Source: Candidatus Helarchaeota ASGARD archaeon Hel_GB_B
GTDB taxonomy: Archaea; Asgardarchaeota; Lokiarchaeia; Helarchaeales; HEL-GB-B
DNA: 32,000 bases
Assembly: GCA_005191425.1 (NCBI GenBank)
Contig: SUPR01000018.1
Coordinates: forward strand, 1 to 32,000
Direction of reading: 5' to 3'
Under the pieces are notes generated by a model. That model worked only from the letters and a program-made list of their open reading frames with translations. It was not told the DNA's origin and did not search any database. The number at the start of each line of letters is the position of its first letter. The stretch's first letter is position 1. The position numbers and the translations under genes are program-made. Positions 8,706 through 17,534 of this stretch are shown piece after piece.

Positions 8706-9917
8706 TTGGAAAATAAGAATCTCAAGGGATGTATGAAATTGCTTTTTACATTTGGAGATTTGCCAGATTCTCTTCCTACAAAACGTTTTTTTTCCCTTGG
8801 ATATCATTTATGGCGTATTTATAGAAAAGTAGGCTGGAATTTTCTTGAATCAAAGATAAATGTTGCATTAACTACCATTAATTATAATCTAGTAAAAAAT
8901 AGATTGACCGAAGCTATTATAACAGCAAAAGATATTATAAATGGAAAAATCAAATATCCTAATTTAATTATAAATGATACACTATTCCCACTTGGAGCAT
9001 TAATTAGGGCAGATTTAGGGCAGGGAGGAATGAAATTATATTATGGGGAAAGTACAAGTTGTAGTTATATGCTTGTAATGGATACAGATAAAGAAATTAA
9101 ATATATTCTTACTGCTCACTTAGAAAATGGTATTCCAGTAGATTGGTGGCTAGCAGAAGAGGATGATGAGATATTAAATAGAAGACATATGAAATTTGGC
9201 TATAAACTGAAAGATATTCCAAAACATTCAAAAAATTTTCAACAAGCGGGATTTAAATTGATCGATGTACTGAGAGATATTAGAAACGAAAGAACCCCCC
9301 AGTTTGCAAATAGTACCTTTAATCTTGCATTAGCATGGGGCACTGGAGCATGGAATCTTGGGTTTGAGATATCATCATATGAAGCAATGGGTGCAATCCA
9401 TGATGGAATTTCGTCAAAAGTTTTACATGGAATGCCTGATAATTGGTATTCATATGTCCCATGGCCTCCAATTATCCAGTCAATGATTTGGGCTGGACGA
9501 AATAAATTCATTAATATGAGTATAGGCTTATTTTCAGAACATAAACTTTGTCTTCAATATATAGATGATGAATGGATGAAAATGACATTAGATTATTTCC
9601 CAGAAATTTATGAAATTGGACTAGTAGAACAATAGGAAAAAGATGGAATACCATTACCTTACCAAACATTGAATTGTCAATTACCAGAATATAAAAAGAA
9701 ACAGACTTATGATAATGAATTATTTGAGTGGAAATATCCAAAAGGGCCTAGAATTACTCTAGATTCGCTTGGAATTTCAATTGATAAAGCATTCAATGGG
9801 TATTATATAGATATAGATCATGAATATGTTCCAAAAGAAAACGAAAAAGTCGATTTAAAAGATAAAATAATTTCTATTGGGAATGGTAGAAAAGCAAAAA
9901 TTGTGAAAAAAATTTGA
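8706..9917 (+). CDS. Unknown 403-codon protein interrupted by one in-frame TAG at 9633-9635 (recoded gene, nonsense allele or base error)
   Basis: ORF-track ORFs 8706..9635 and 9669..9917 share a frame (offset 963 nt). Reading continues ...GLVEQ*EKDGIPLPYQTLNCQLP... with no other stop until TGA 9915-9917. Confidence 0.75.
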
Positions 9918-10044
9918 AAATAAGAATACAAATTATCATATATTTTTAAAGACAACTTTTTTTATCTATTTTCATATAATATATCGGCAGATGTTTTTTG
10001 TTTAACTTAAAAGTATAAACTAACTGAATTTATAGTGTATAATT

Positions 10045-10470
10045 ATGAAGATATTTCTTGCATCAGCGTTTAGAACTGAAGAAGATCAGAAATTTTTAGA
10101 TAGGATTAAAAAAATACTTATAGATGATGGAAATGTTGTTTGGTGCTCAAGAGACCATTTTGGAGATTATTATGGGACGACTAATCCTGTCAGATTAAAA
10201 GAAATTGTTGAAACTGAAAAAGATGAAATATTGAAATCAGATGCGATGATTGTATTATTGTGTAATATAATGCCTGAACCTCTAATGCAGACATTTTTTG
10301 CTTCTGAATATGGTATACCGGTTATTATATATATTAATTTACGTGAAAATAGTAAATCAATAAAATTATCACCTTGGATAAGGTATTATGGTCAAATAGT
10401 AAAATCAGACAATGCCTTTTTAAATTCATTAAAACAAATTAAAGTCAAAATAGAAAAGGAATATTTGTGA
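10045..10470 (+). CDS. Nucleoside 2-deoxyribosyltransferase-like (NDT/Rcl fold) protein, probably lacking the catalytic Glu
   Basis: MKIFLASAF...EKDEILKSDAMIVLL...MQTFFASEYGIPVIIY matches the family pattern KIYLAGPF...D...I..aD.vv...GT..EiGyA...gKPV. Confidence 0.65.
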   Translation: MKIFLASAFRTEEDQKFLDRIKKILIDDGNVVWCSRDHFGDYYGTTNPVRLKEIVETEKDEILKSDAMIVLLCNIMPEPLMQTFFASEYGIPVIIYINLRENSKSIKLSPWIRYYGQIVKSDNAFLNSLKQIKVKIEKEYL

Positions 10471-10505
10471 AACTAAGTGGATAAAAAAATAGAATTTAAA
10501 AAAAA

Positions 10506-11141
10506 TTATGAAATCTGCTTTTTTATTTCGTCATATCCTATTTTTAAAGCTTTTAAGTTTTTTTCCGGGTCTTTAAATTTATGTCGAAGTATATTTTCAA
10601 TTTCTTCATAATTAAATGGTAAGACTTCGGTAGCTAATGCAGCACCCAATAAAATAACATTAACTCTGAGAAAATCACCAAATACTTCCTTACTTAATTC
10701 ATTGGCATTAATTAGAAAAATTTTATCGGTTAATTGTTTCATAAATTCGACCATATCATCAATTTCGGGATATTCCAGTCCTTCGGATATAACAGTGCCA
10801 GGTAAAATTTTATAAGTATTTAAAATTATATTGGTTTTTTCAGAAACATAGTTCAAATTTCTAAAAGCTTCTAGTGGTTCCATTGCTATTAAAATATCTG
10901 CTTCTCCAGTTGGTATAAGAACACCATGGACACCTCTTCGCGGGTCATATTCTTCACCTTCTTCAGTAATTGCATATCTAATTGTAGCGTCTACACAACC
11001 TTCTCGTTGTGATGCACCTCTAGTTTCTGTTCCTACTACATCAATATTTTTATGTTCTAATGTAGCAAGCTTTAAAATTTGACCTAATAGAATTGCTCCT
11101 TGACCACCTACACCTACAACTTGGACATTTAATTTTTTCAT
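10506..11141 (-). CDS. iorB: Indolepyruvate ferredoxin oxidoreductase beta subunit
   Basis: GVGGQGAIL, ETRGASQREG, ADILIAMEPLEA, NVILLGA; directly follows iorA. ATG 11141 is preferred over TTG 11150. Confidence 0.92.
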   Translation of the reverse strand: MKKLNVQVVGVGGQGAILLGQILKLATLEHKNIDVVGTETRGASQREGCVDATIRYAITEEGEEYDPRRGVHGVLIPTGEADILIAMEPLEAFRNLNYVSEKTNIILNTYKILPGTVISEGLEYPEIDDMVEFMKQLTDKIFLINANELSKEVFGDFLRVNVILLGAALATEVLPFNYEEIENILRHKFKDPEKNLKALKIGYDEIKKQIS

Positions 11142-11142
11142 T

Positions 11143-13116
11143 TTAATCAATACCCTCCAGATGTAAATTAATTTCAGTTTTAGTTATCGCTGAATTTGGA
11201 CAAATTTCATAGCAAACGCCGCAATTAGTACATCTAGCAGTTTCAATGTAATAATATTCCTCGCCTTCTTCATTTTTTCCTTTTGTGATAGCTGGGCATC
11301 CTAGAATTGAAATGCATTCTTTGCATTTTTGGCATCTTTCTGGGTCTATTTGATAAATAACTTTTGGTAATGGACGTGTGATTGCACTCAATTTTTTTCT
11401 CTTCGTTCTATCTGCTTGTAATGCACATTCTCGACTACAAACAACTATTTTAAAACCTTTCCTTGACATTGCATCAATAAGTGTTGTCTGTAAAGATCGA
11501 ACATTATATGGGTCAACCGTACGCACATATTTTGCGCCCATAGATTTTGCAAGTGTTGCTATATTTACCGGTTGTATTGGTTGTAAGTGTGAATCGAGAC
11601 CGGTTGTTTGAGTAGGCTGTTGACCAGTCATAGAGGTCCATTTGTTTTCTAAGACTAATAATGTCATATTTGAATCGTTATAGATAGCATTTAACATACC
11701 TTGCATACCTGAATGGAAAAATGTACTGTCACCAATTGACGCAAATACTTGTTGGTCAGTTTTATGTGCCATCCCTTCTGCAACACCCAGTCCTGCGCCC
11801 ATACAAATTATCCAATGGCCCATATTCATTGGGGGCTTAATTGCCATTGCATAACACCCAATATCACATCCATATACCCCTTGATCCCTGGTTACCTTTT
11901 TAAGAGTATAGAAGGTAGCTCTATGAGGACATCCTGGGCACCAAGTTGGGTCTCTACGTGGAGCTTGGGTAAAAGCTTTTTTAGCAATTTTCTGAATATT
12001 TTTAATTTTTGCAGGAGTTTCTACATTAAGTAATTTAGCTAAATGATCTCTTACAATATCAATATTAAGCTCATGATAGTCCGGAAATGTATCTTTACCA
12101 TGTAATTCGATTTTTATACCCGCATCAAAAAAGATTTCTTTAAGCCTATTTTCAATAAATGGCATTAATTCTTCGACAACAATTAGTTTTTCTAAACCAC
12201 GGTCTTCTATGAACTTAATAATCAAATTATCATTTATTGGATATAGTAGACCAAGCCTTAATATTGGGACATCAAAAATTTTTAATTGTTCTAATGCTTC
12301 TAATGTATAACCAAATGAGACACCAGTTGTAATGAACCCAGTTTTCGAATCACCTTCAAGAATTTTGTTATAATCGAAGCCAATTTCCTTTTGTAATTTT
12401 CCTTTTAAATGGTTTCTGCTTAATTTTTTAATTCTTTTCAGTAAATTTTTCTTATGTTCCACTGAAAAAAATGTTGCATTTGCATATTTGGTCATATCAG
12501 AAACGAATTTTCCTTTTTCAGGAATTTTTTTAAATGGTTTAAGTTCTATCTTTCCCATTCCATGACATATTCGACTTGATGGACAGACAATTACTGGTAC
12601 ATCGTATTTTTCACTTAAATCAAAAGCACTAACGATAAAATCTTTAGCTTCTTGAAGCGTTGAGGGCTCAATCCATGGCATAAAAGTATGGTAAGAGAAC
12701 CATCGATTATCTTGTTCTGATTGAGAACTATAAGCACCGGCATCGGACGCCATAATTAATACCAGTCCACCTTTTACGCCAGTTTGAGCTATGGTATGTA
12801 ATGCATCAGAAGCAACATTAAGTCCTACATGTTTCATGGTACATAAGGCGCGAATTCCTGCCCAACTTGCTCCAGCAGCACCTTCAAGCGCTACTGCTTC
12901 ATTTACTGAATATTCGCTATAAAAATTGGGAATTTTTGGCCCGACCTTTGCAAGTATATCACCAATTTCTGAGGCAGGAGTACCTGGATAAGTCGATGAA
13001 AAACCCACACCAGCTTCAAGAACGGCTCTAGCCATAGCATGATTTCCTTCAAGTAATAAGATTCTACCAGGCTCATCAATTAATAAATCTTCAATAGCCA
13101 TTTTTAGATCATCCAT
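11143..13116 (-). CDS. iorA: Indolepyruvate ferredoxin oxidoreductase alpha subunit
   Basis: GNHAMARA, YPGTPASEI, SVNEAVALE, MKHVGLNVASD, CPGCPHR, GDSTFFHSG, and two C-terminal ferredoxin Cys clusters. Confidence 0.95.
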   Translation of the reverse strand: MDDLKMAIEDLLIDEPGRILLLEGNHAMARAVLEAGVGFSSTYPGTPASEIGDILAKVGPKIPNFYSEYSVNEAVALEGAAGASWAGIRALCTMKHVGLNVASDALHTIAQTGVKGGLVLIMASDAGAYSSQSEQDNRWFSYHTFMPWIEPSTLQEAKDFIVSAFDLSEKYDVPVIVCPSSRICHGMGKIELKPFKKIPEKGKFVSDMTKYANATFFSVEHKKNLLKRIKKLSRNHLKGKLQKEIGFDYNKILEGDSKTGFITTGVSFGYTLEALEQLKIFDVPILRLGLLYPINDNLIIKFIEDRGLEKLIVVEELMPFIENRLKEIFFDAGIKIELHGKDTFPDYHELNIDIVRDHLAKLLNVETPAKIKNIQKIAKKAFTQAPRRDPTWCPGCPHRATFYTLKKVTRDQGVYGCDIGCYAMAIKPPMNMGHWIICMGAGLGVAEGMAHKTDQQVFASIGDSTFFHSGMQGMLNAIYNDSNMTLLVLENKWTSMTGQQPTQTTGLDSHLQPIQPVNIATLAKSMGAKYVRTVDPYNVRSLQTTLIDAMSRKGFKIVVCSRECALQADRTKRKKLSAITRPLPKVIYQIDPERCQKCKECISILGCPAITKGKNEEGEEYYYIETARCTNCGVCYEICPNSAITKTEINLHLEGID

Positions 13117-13680
13117 TTATTTATTAATAATAAGGGTTCGAGCCTCTCCCACTTCTAAGTTTGATGAGCTACATAGGTCACAATATTTAGAATCATATCT
13201 TAATACTCGTCCACAATCTTTACAAACTTTTCTTAATACAACCGGACATTTTCCGTCATTTTCAAATAAAACACAGTTGTCACAGCCGGCACAATCCTCA
13301 AAATACCGTCCAAGTCTCTCAATTCTCCCATAAAATAGGGTATTTAATGCAGGGATATACCTTTTTCCTGTGATTTTTCCAATCGACTGGCAACCTAATC
13401 CACAAGTCATAAGTAATAAAATATCTGCTTTTTCAATCTCGTCAGCTATTAATTTAGTGTCTCTTTTTGTAATACGTTCATCACAAGCAGAATCTATCAT
13501 GAGAGTGGCCAAAATATTTTTACCTTTTCCTTGAAAATGTTCTGCCATTTCCTTTACTTGCTCAGATCCACCTGTTTGACAAATTGCTGCACATTCTGAG
13601 CAACCTATTATTACAACATTGTTAAAAGGTGCCATTTTCTCTTCAATTTCTTTAAGAGGCTTCTGTTCTGTAATCATCAA
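13117..13680 (-). CDS. MetV-like (methylene-THF reductase small subunit family) protein with a substituted C-terminal zinc ribbon
   Basis: MITEQKPL, GCSECAAICQTGG, ACD, CGLG, PALNTLF, CAGCDNCVL...CP, followed by CKDC...CDLC. Confidence 0.75.
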   Translation of the reverse strand: MMITEQKPLKEIEEKMAPFNNVVIIGCSECAAICQTGGSEQVKEMAEHFQGKGKNILATLMIDSACDERITKRDTKLIADEIEKADILLLMTCGLGCQSIGKITGKRYIPALNTLFYGRIERLGRYFEDCAGCDNCVLFENDGKCPVVLRKVCKDCGRVLRYDSKYCDLCSSSNLEVGEARTLIINK

Positions 13681-13688
13681 TTTATTTT

Positions 13689-13694
13689 ACCTCC
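13689..13694 (-). promoter_or_regulatory. Shine-Dalgarno sequence (GGAGGT) of the metV-like-iorA-iorB unit
   Basis: ACCTCC on the + strand, 8 nt upstream of the 13680 start. Confidence 0.7.
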
Positions 13695-14103
13695 AATTGC
13701 TGGAATTGTTTTAAAAAATAATAACAATTTAATTTCAGAATTTTTAAAATTACTCCTTTTCATTTATTTTTAATATTAATTGATAACTGATTTATTTATA
13801 TATTTAAGAATTTTTAATTATATCTAAAATCCGAATTAAAAAGATAATAATAATATAATTTTAAATGGAACATTCTTTTGCATTCATTACTTTAATGCTT
13901 TTTTTATTTTAGAAAATATTAATCAAATTTAATTATTATTAAAAGATTTTCATAAGTATTTTATTGATATTAAAAAAAAATAAGCAATAAAATCCTTAAA
14001 TATATCGTATATTTTCTAATTAGATTATTTATCAAGATTTATATTTATTCATGTTCTATATATTATTAAATAAAATACAAAAAAATAAACGAAGATTTTA
14101 TAA

Positions 14104-15231
14104 ATGATCGACGAGGAAGATGCGCGAAAAAAATTAATCGATGAATTATATGAGAAAAATTTATTACATGACCCAATTATTGCAGAAGCATTTGAAAAAG
14201 TTTCTATGAAAAATTTTTTTCCAAAAGAAGTTTGGGATTTTCTATATACAGACCGCCCTTTACCCTATTCTTTTAACCCTCAAAGACCTTGCGCAGCTCC
14301 ACATATGAATGCAATATTTCTTCATTTAATAAATCTGGATATCAATAGTAAAATACTCCAAATTTCAAGCATGAGCGGTTATTTTGCTCAATTAATGGCT
14401 GAAATCTCATATAAAGGGAAAATTACTATTATAGAAGACCAAAAGGAAATTGTACGCATCACTAGAGATAACTTAAAAAAGAATAATAGTAAAAGAATTA
14501 AAGTTATAAATAATGACCCTATTGATGAAATATATGACCATCTTGATTCGGACAGAATAATATTCTGTGGAGCAATTTCAAATTCGTTATTAAGCGAAAT
14601 TTCAGAACAAATTGGCGATGGAACAATAATATTGGCACCTGTTTTTAATTCAGCTTTGTTTCCCATAGACCAAGATCTAATTAGAGTAATTAAAGAAGAT
14701 GGAGAAATTATCACGGAATCTTTTGGTAAAGTAAATTTTATTTTACTCGAATCTAAAAAAATGTTGCGTTGGGCTAAAAAGACACAAAAATTAATTTTTG
14801 AACAAATTGCAGATACATTAGAAGATTATTTTCAAGAAACTTATCCAAATCAAGAACCCATTTTAAGGCTAGGAGTAAATATTCCTGAATTTATTAAAAA
14901 AGAATTACTAGAAACTAATACATTATTAAGTAAAAAATATTTTAAAACAGTAATTTTGAATTGCCTAAATATTTTAAACGAAATCATTAGATATTTATAT
15001 AAAAACAATATTGACGAAAATTTTGATTATACTCAAATATCAATTGATGATATGATTAAAGAACTGGAAAATGTGGGAATAATTAATCAATTTAATAAAA
15101 AGAATCTTGAAATAATTTTAGATACAAATCAGACTTTGGCTTATGACCCAGAAAATCAGCCAAATTTTGAAAATATAGCTCGAACTACATTAAACCAACT
15201 TATTTGGTTTATTGAATATATTTTCAAATAA
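14104..15231 (+). CDS. Protein-L-isoaspartate methyltransferase-like protein with degenerate motifs and a C-terminal helical (DUF4145/HEPN-like) domain
   Basis: LIDEL...AFEKV...F P...Y.DRPL...APHM..., KILQISSMSGYFAQLMAE, DRIIFCGA, ILAPV follow the Pcm layout. About 130 extra C-terminal residues. Confidence 0.7.
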   Translation: MIDEEDARKKLIDELYEKNLLHDPIIAEAFEKVSMKNFFPKEVWDFLYTDRPLPYSFNPQRPCAAPHMNAIFLHLINLDINSKILQISSMSGYFAQLMAEISYKGKITIIEDQKEIVRITRDNLKKNNSKRIKVINNDPIDEIYDHLDSDRIIFCGAISNSLLSEISEQIGDGTIILAPVFNSALFPIDQDLIRVIKEDGEIITESFGKVNFILLESKKMLRWAKKTQKLIFEQIADTLEDYFQETYPNQEPILRLGVNIPEFIKKELLETNTLLSKKYFKTVILNCLNILNEIIRYLYKNNIDENFDYTQISIDDMIKELENVGIINQFNKKNLEIILDTNQTLAYDPENQPNFENIARTTLNQLIWFIEYIFK

Positions 15232-15299
15232 ATTTTAATTTTTTATTTCTACCCTAATAATTTTAAAAAGAATTTTTTTACATTAGGTTTTTTTTATAG

Positions 15300-16094
15300 T
15301 CAATATTTAGAAGTTATTGAATTCAATAAGTTTAACAAATTTTTGTGTATTAACCCATTGGAAGCAATAATATTATTTATATTCCTATCCAATGGAATAT
15401 TATCACCCTTCAAATTAGTTATTATTCCTCCTGCTTCTTTTACAAGCAACATTCCAGCAGCGACATCCCAAATATTTGTCCCCAAACTAAAAAAGGCGGA
15501 TATCCGGCCAGATGCTACATAACACATCTCTAACGCTGCGCTCCCAAAATGGCGAAGTTTCTGCTTTAATAACTTAAATTTGAGAAATATCTTGGCGATC
15601 TGACGAATTTGTCCTTCATCTCGACTATTTGAAAAAGCAATAATCGCGTTTTTTAAAGAATTTTCGGATGAAACTTTTAATTTTTTATTATTAAGAAAAG
15701 CACCTTTATTTTTAACAGCATAGAATAGTTCGTTTTGAGGAGGAAAATATACAACTGAAAGAAGAGGATCTGTTTTTTTACATAATGCAATTGAAATACA
15801 AAAAAATGGGTAATGAATTGAATAATTAGTAGTTCCGTCTAATGGGTCAATATACCAAATATATTCGCTTTTTCCTTCAGTAAAACCTTTTTCTTCGCCT
15901 AAAATCGAATGCTCCGGAAATTTCTCTTTAATTGCATTACGTATTAATTTTTCACTTTCAATATCGGCGAGTGAAACAATACTACTATCTTTTTTATAAT
16001 GAATATTTAAATCTTCATTAGAATTATAATAGTCCATTAACAATTTTCCTGCATTTCTGGCAATTTTAAAAGTAAAATTCAAGTATTCATTCAA
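15300..16094 (-). CDS. suhB: Inositol monophosphatase / FBPase family protein
   Basis: ADIESE, ILGEE, IDPLDGTTNY, GSAALEMCYVASG, WDVAAG. Confidence 0.93.
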   Translation of the reverse strand: MNEYLNFTFKIARNAGKLLMDYYNSNEDLNIHYKKDSSIVSLADIESEKLIRNAIKEKFPEHSILGEEKGFTEGKSEYIWYIDPLDGTTNYSIHYPFFCISIALCKKTDPLLSVVYFPPQNELFYAVKNKGAFLNNKKLKVSSENSLKNAIIAFSNSRDEGQIRQIAKIFLKFKLLKQKLRHFGSAALEMCYVASGRISAFFSLGTNIWDVAAGMLLVKEAGGIITNLKGDNIPLDRNINNIIASNGLIHKNLLNLLNSITSKY

Positions 16095-16103
16095 AATTAT
16101 TCA

Positions 16104-17317
16104 TCATTTTTTATTTAAATTTATAATATCTAATTTATCTGAAAATTTATTAAATAAATCATCAGATATTTCAAGTCCTGTTAAAAACATTTTTGCAAAG
16201 AGTTCTTTATTTTCAGAATTTTCAAGAGCCCATTTAATCAGTAAATTTGAAAATTTATCTAAATCTGATATCAATAAATCTCTAATTAAAATTTGATTTG
16301 CAAAACTTTTTTTTATATTTCTTTGTTTCCACTTATCTTGATATCTTTTGAGCGACTTTTTCGAATAATCGTCATCTTCAATAGCTATCACGGCAGTTTC
16401 TCCAGCAAATTTTCCGGTTATAAATGCATAATGAATTCCTGCTCCAATCATTGGTAATACAAACCTTGATGCATCTCCTACTGACAGTATACCGCTACCG
16501 TATGTCTTTCCTTTAATACCCGCTAATGGAACAGGATAACTTAGTTTCCAAATAATTTTGGGTTTATAAAATTTTTGTTTTATAAAATCTTGTGCCATAA
16601 ATTTTTCTAAATAATTTATAGGATTTTCTTTTTTTGACCCCCACATTCCTATTCCGATGTTTGCTTTTCCATCACTCATAGGGAAAATCCATACATAACA
16701 ATCAGGAGCAAATTTATTCGAAAAAATTAACTGGTCTAATTTAGAATTTTCAATATAACCTTTAACAATTGCCGCTGAACATATTGCATAATCACTTTTT
16801 TTCCATTGTTTTCGTAGTCCAGCATCAATTACTATTTTTGATCCAACTCCATCCGCAGCAATGACAATTTTAGACCTAATTTCTTTTAATTTACCATTCT
16901 TATCTCTTACTTTAACTCCAGAAACATTTCCATTTTTAATTAAGACTTTGTTTACAGTAGTTTCAGTTTCTATTATTGCTCCTGCGTCAAGAGCTCTCTC
17001 TCTTATATGCTGGTCAAAAGTTTTCCGGTCCACAACATAATCAAAATAATTTGGTTCATTAGTATGATCTTTATAATTTATTGTCAATTCTTTTCCTGTA
17101 GAAGATCTTAAGGAAAATCCATTAATTATACCTTCAGCATATTTTTTAGAAAGTTTGAACTCTTTTATACACATATGCGGGACGCCGCCACCACATGGTT
17201 TACGCCAAGGAAGCTTATTTTTTCAAACATTATTATTTTTAACCCAGCTTCAGCAATTATTTTAGCAGCAGTCGACCCTGCCAAACCTGCACCAGAAATT
17301 ATTACATCATACATCAT
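16104..17317 (-). CDS. Geranylgeranyl reductase family flavoprotein with a 1-nt frameshift at 17218-17223
   Basis: An N-terminus absent from the ORF track, MMYDVIISGAGLAGSTAAKIIAEAGLKIIMFEK, starts at 17317. After restoring one A it continues NKLPWRKPCGGGVPHMCIKE into the 356-aa ORF (VDRKTFD, AADG, YVWIFP, VGDA, GAGIHYA). Confidence 0.88.
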
Positions 17318-17534
17318 TTAAACATTAAATATAACTTGTAGGAATATAATTTAGCTAATTTTTATCTAAATATAAATATTTTTAGAATCCTCAAAATGAG
17401 ATTTTTAACCGCACAAATTAGTTAATTTATTCATTATTATAAATAGAATATATTAGAAATCAACTATTTTATTCCGGTTTTATGATTTTATTAATATAGA
17501 AAGTATAATTAATAAAAAAGTTGGTTAAAAGACT

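Noticed and set aside
16095-16106. In-frame TGA-TGA between GGR and suhB as possible selenocysteine readthrough or fusion
   Set aside because: Both proteins are complete on their own, the tandem stops do not align to Cys positions, and no SECIS-like hairpin is visible.
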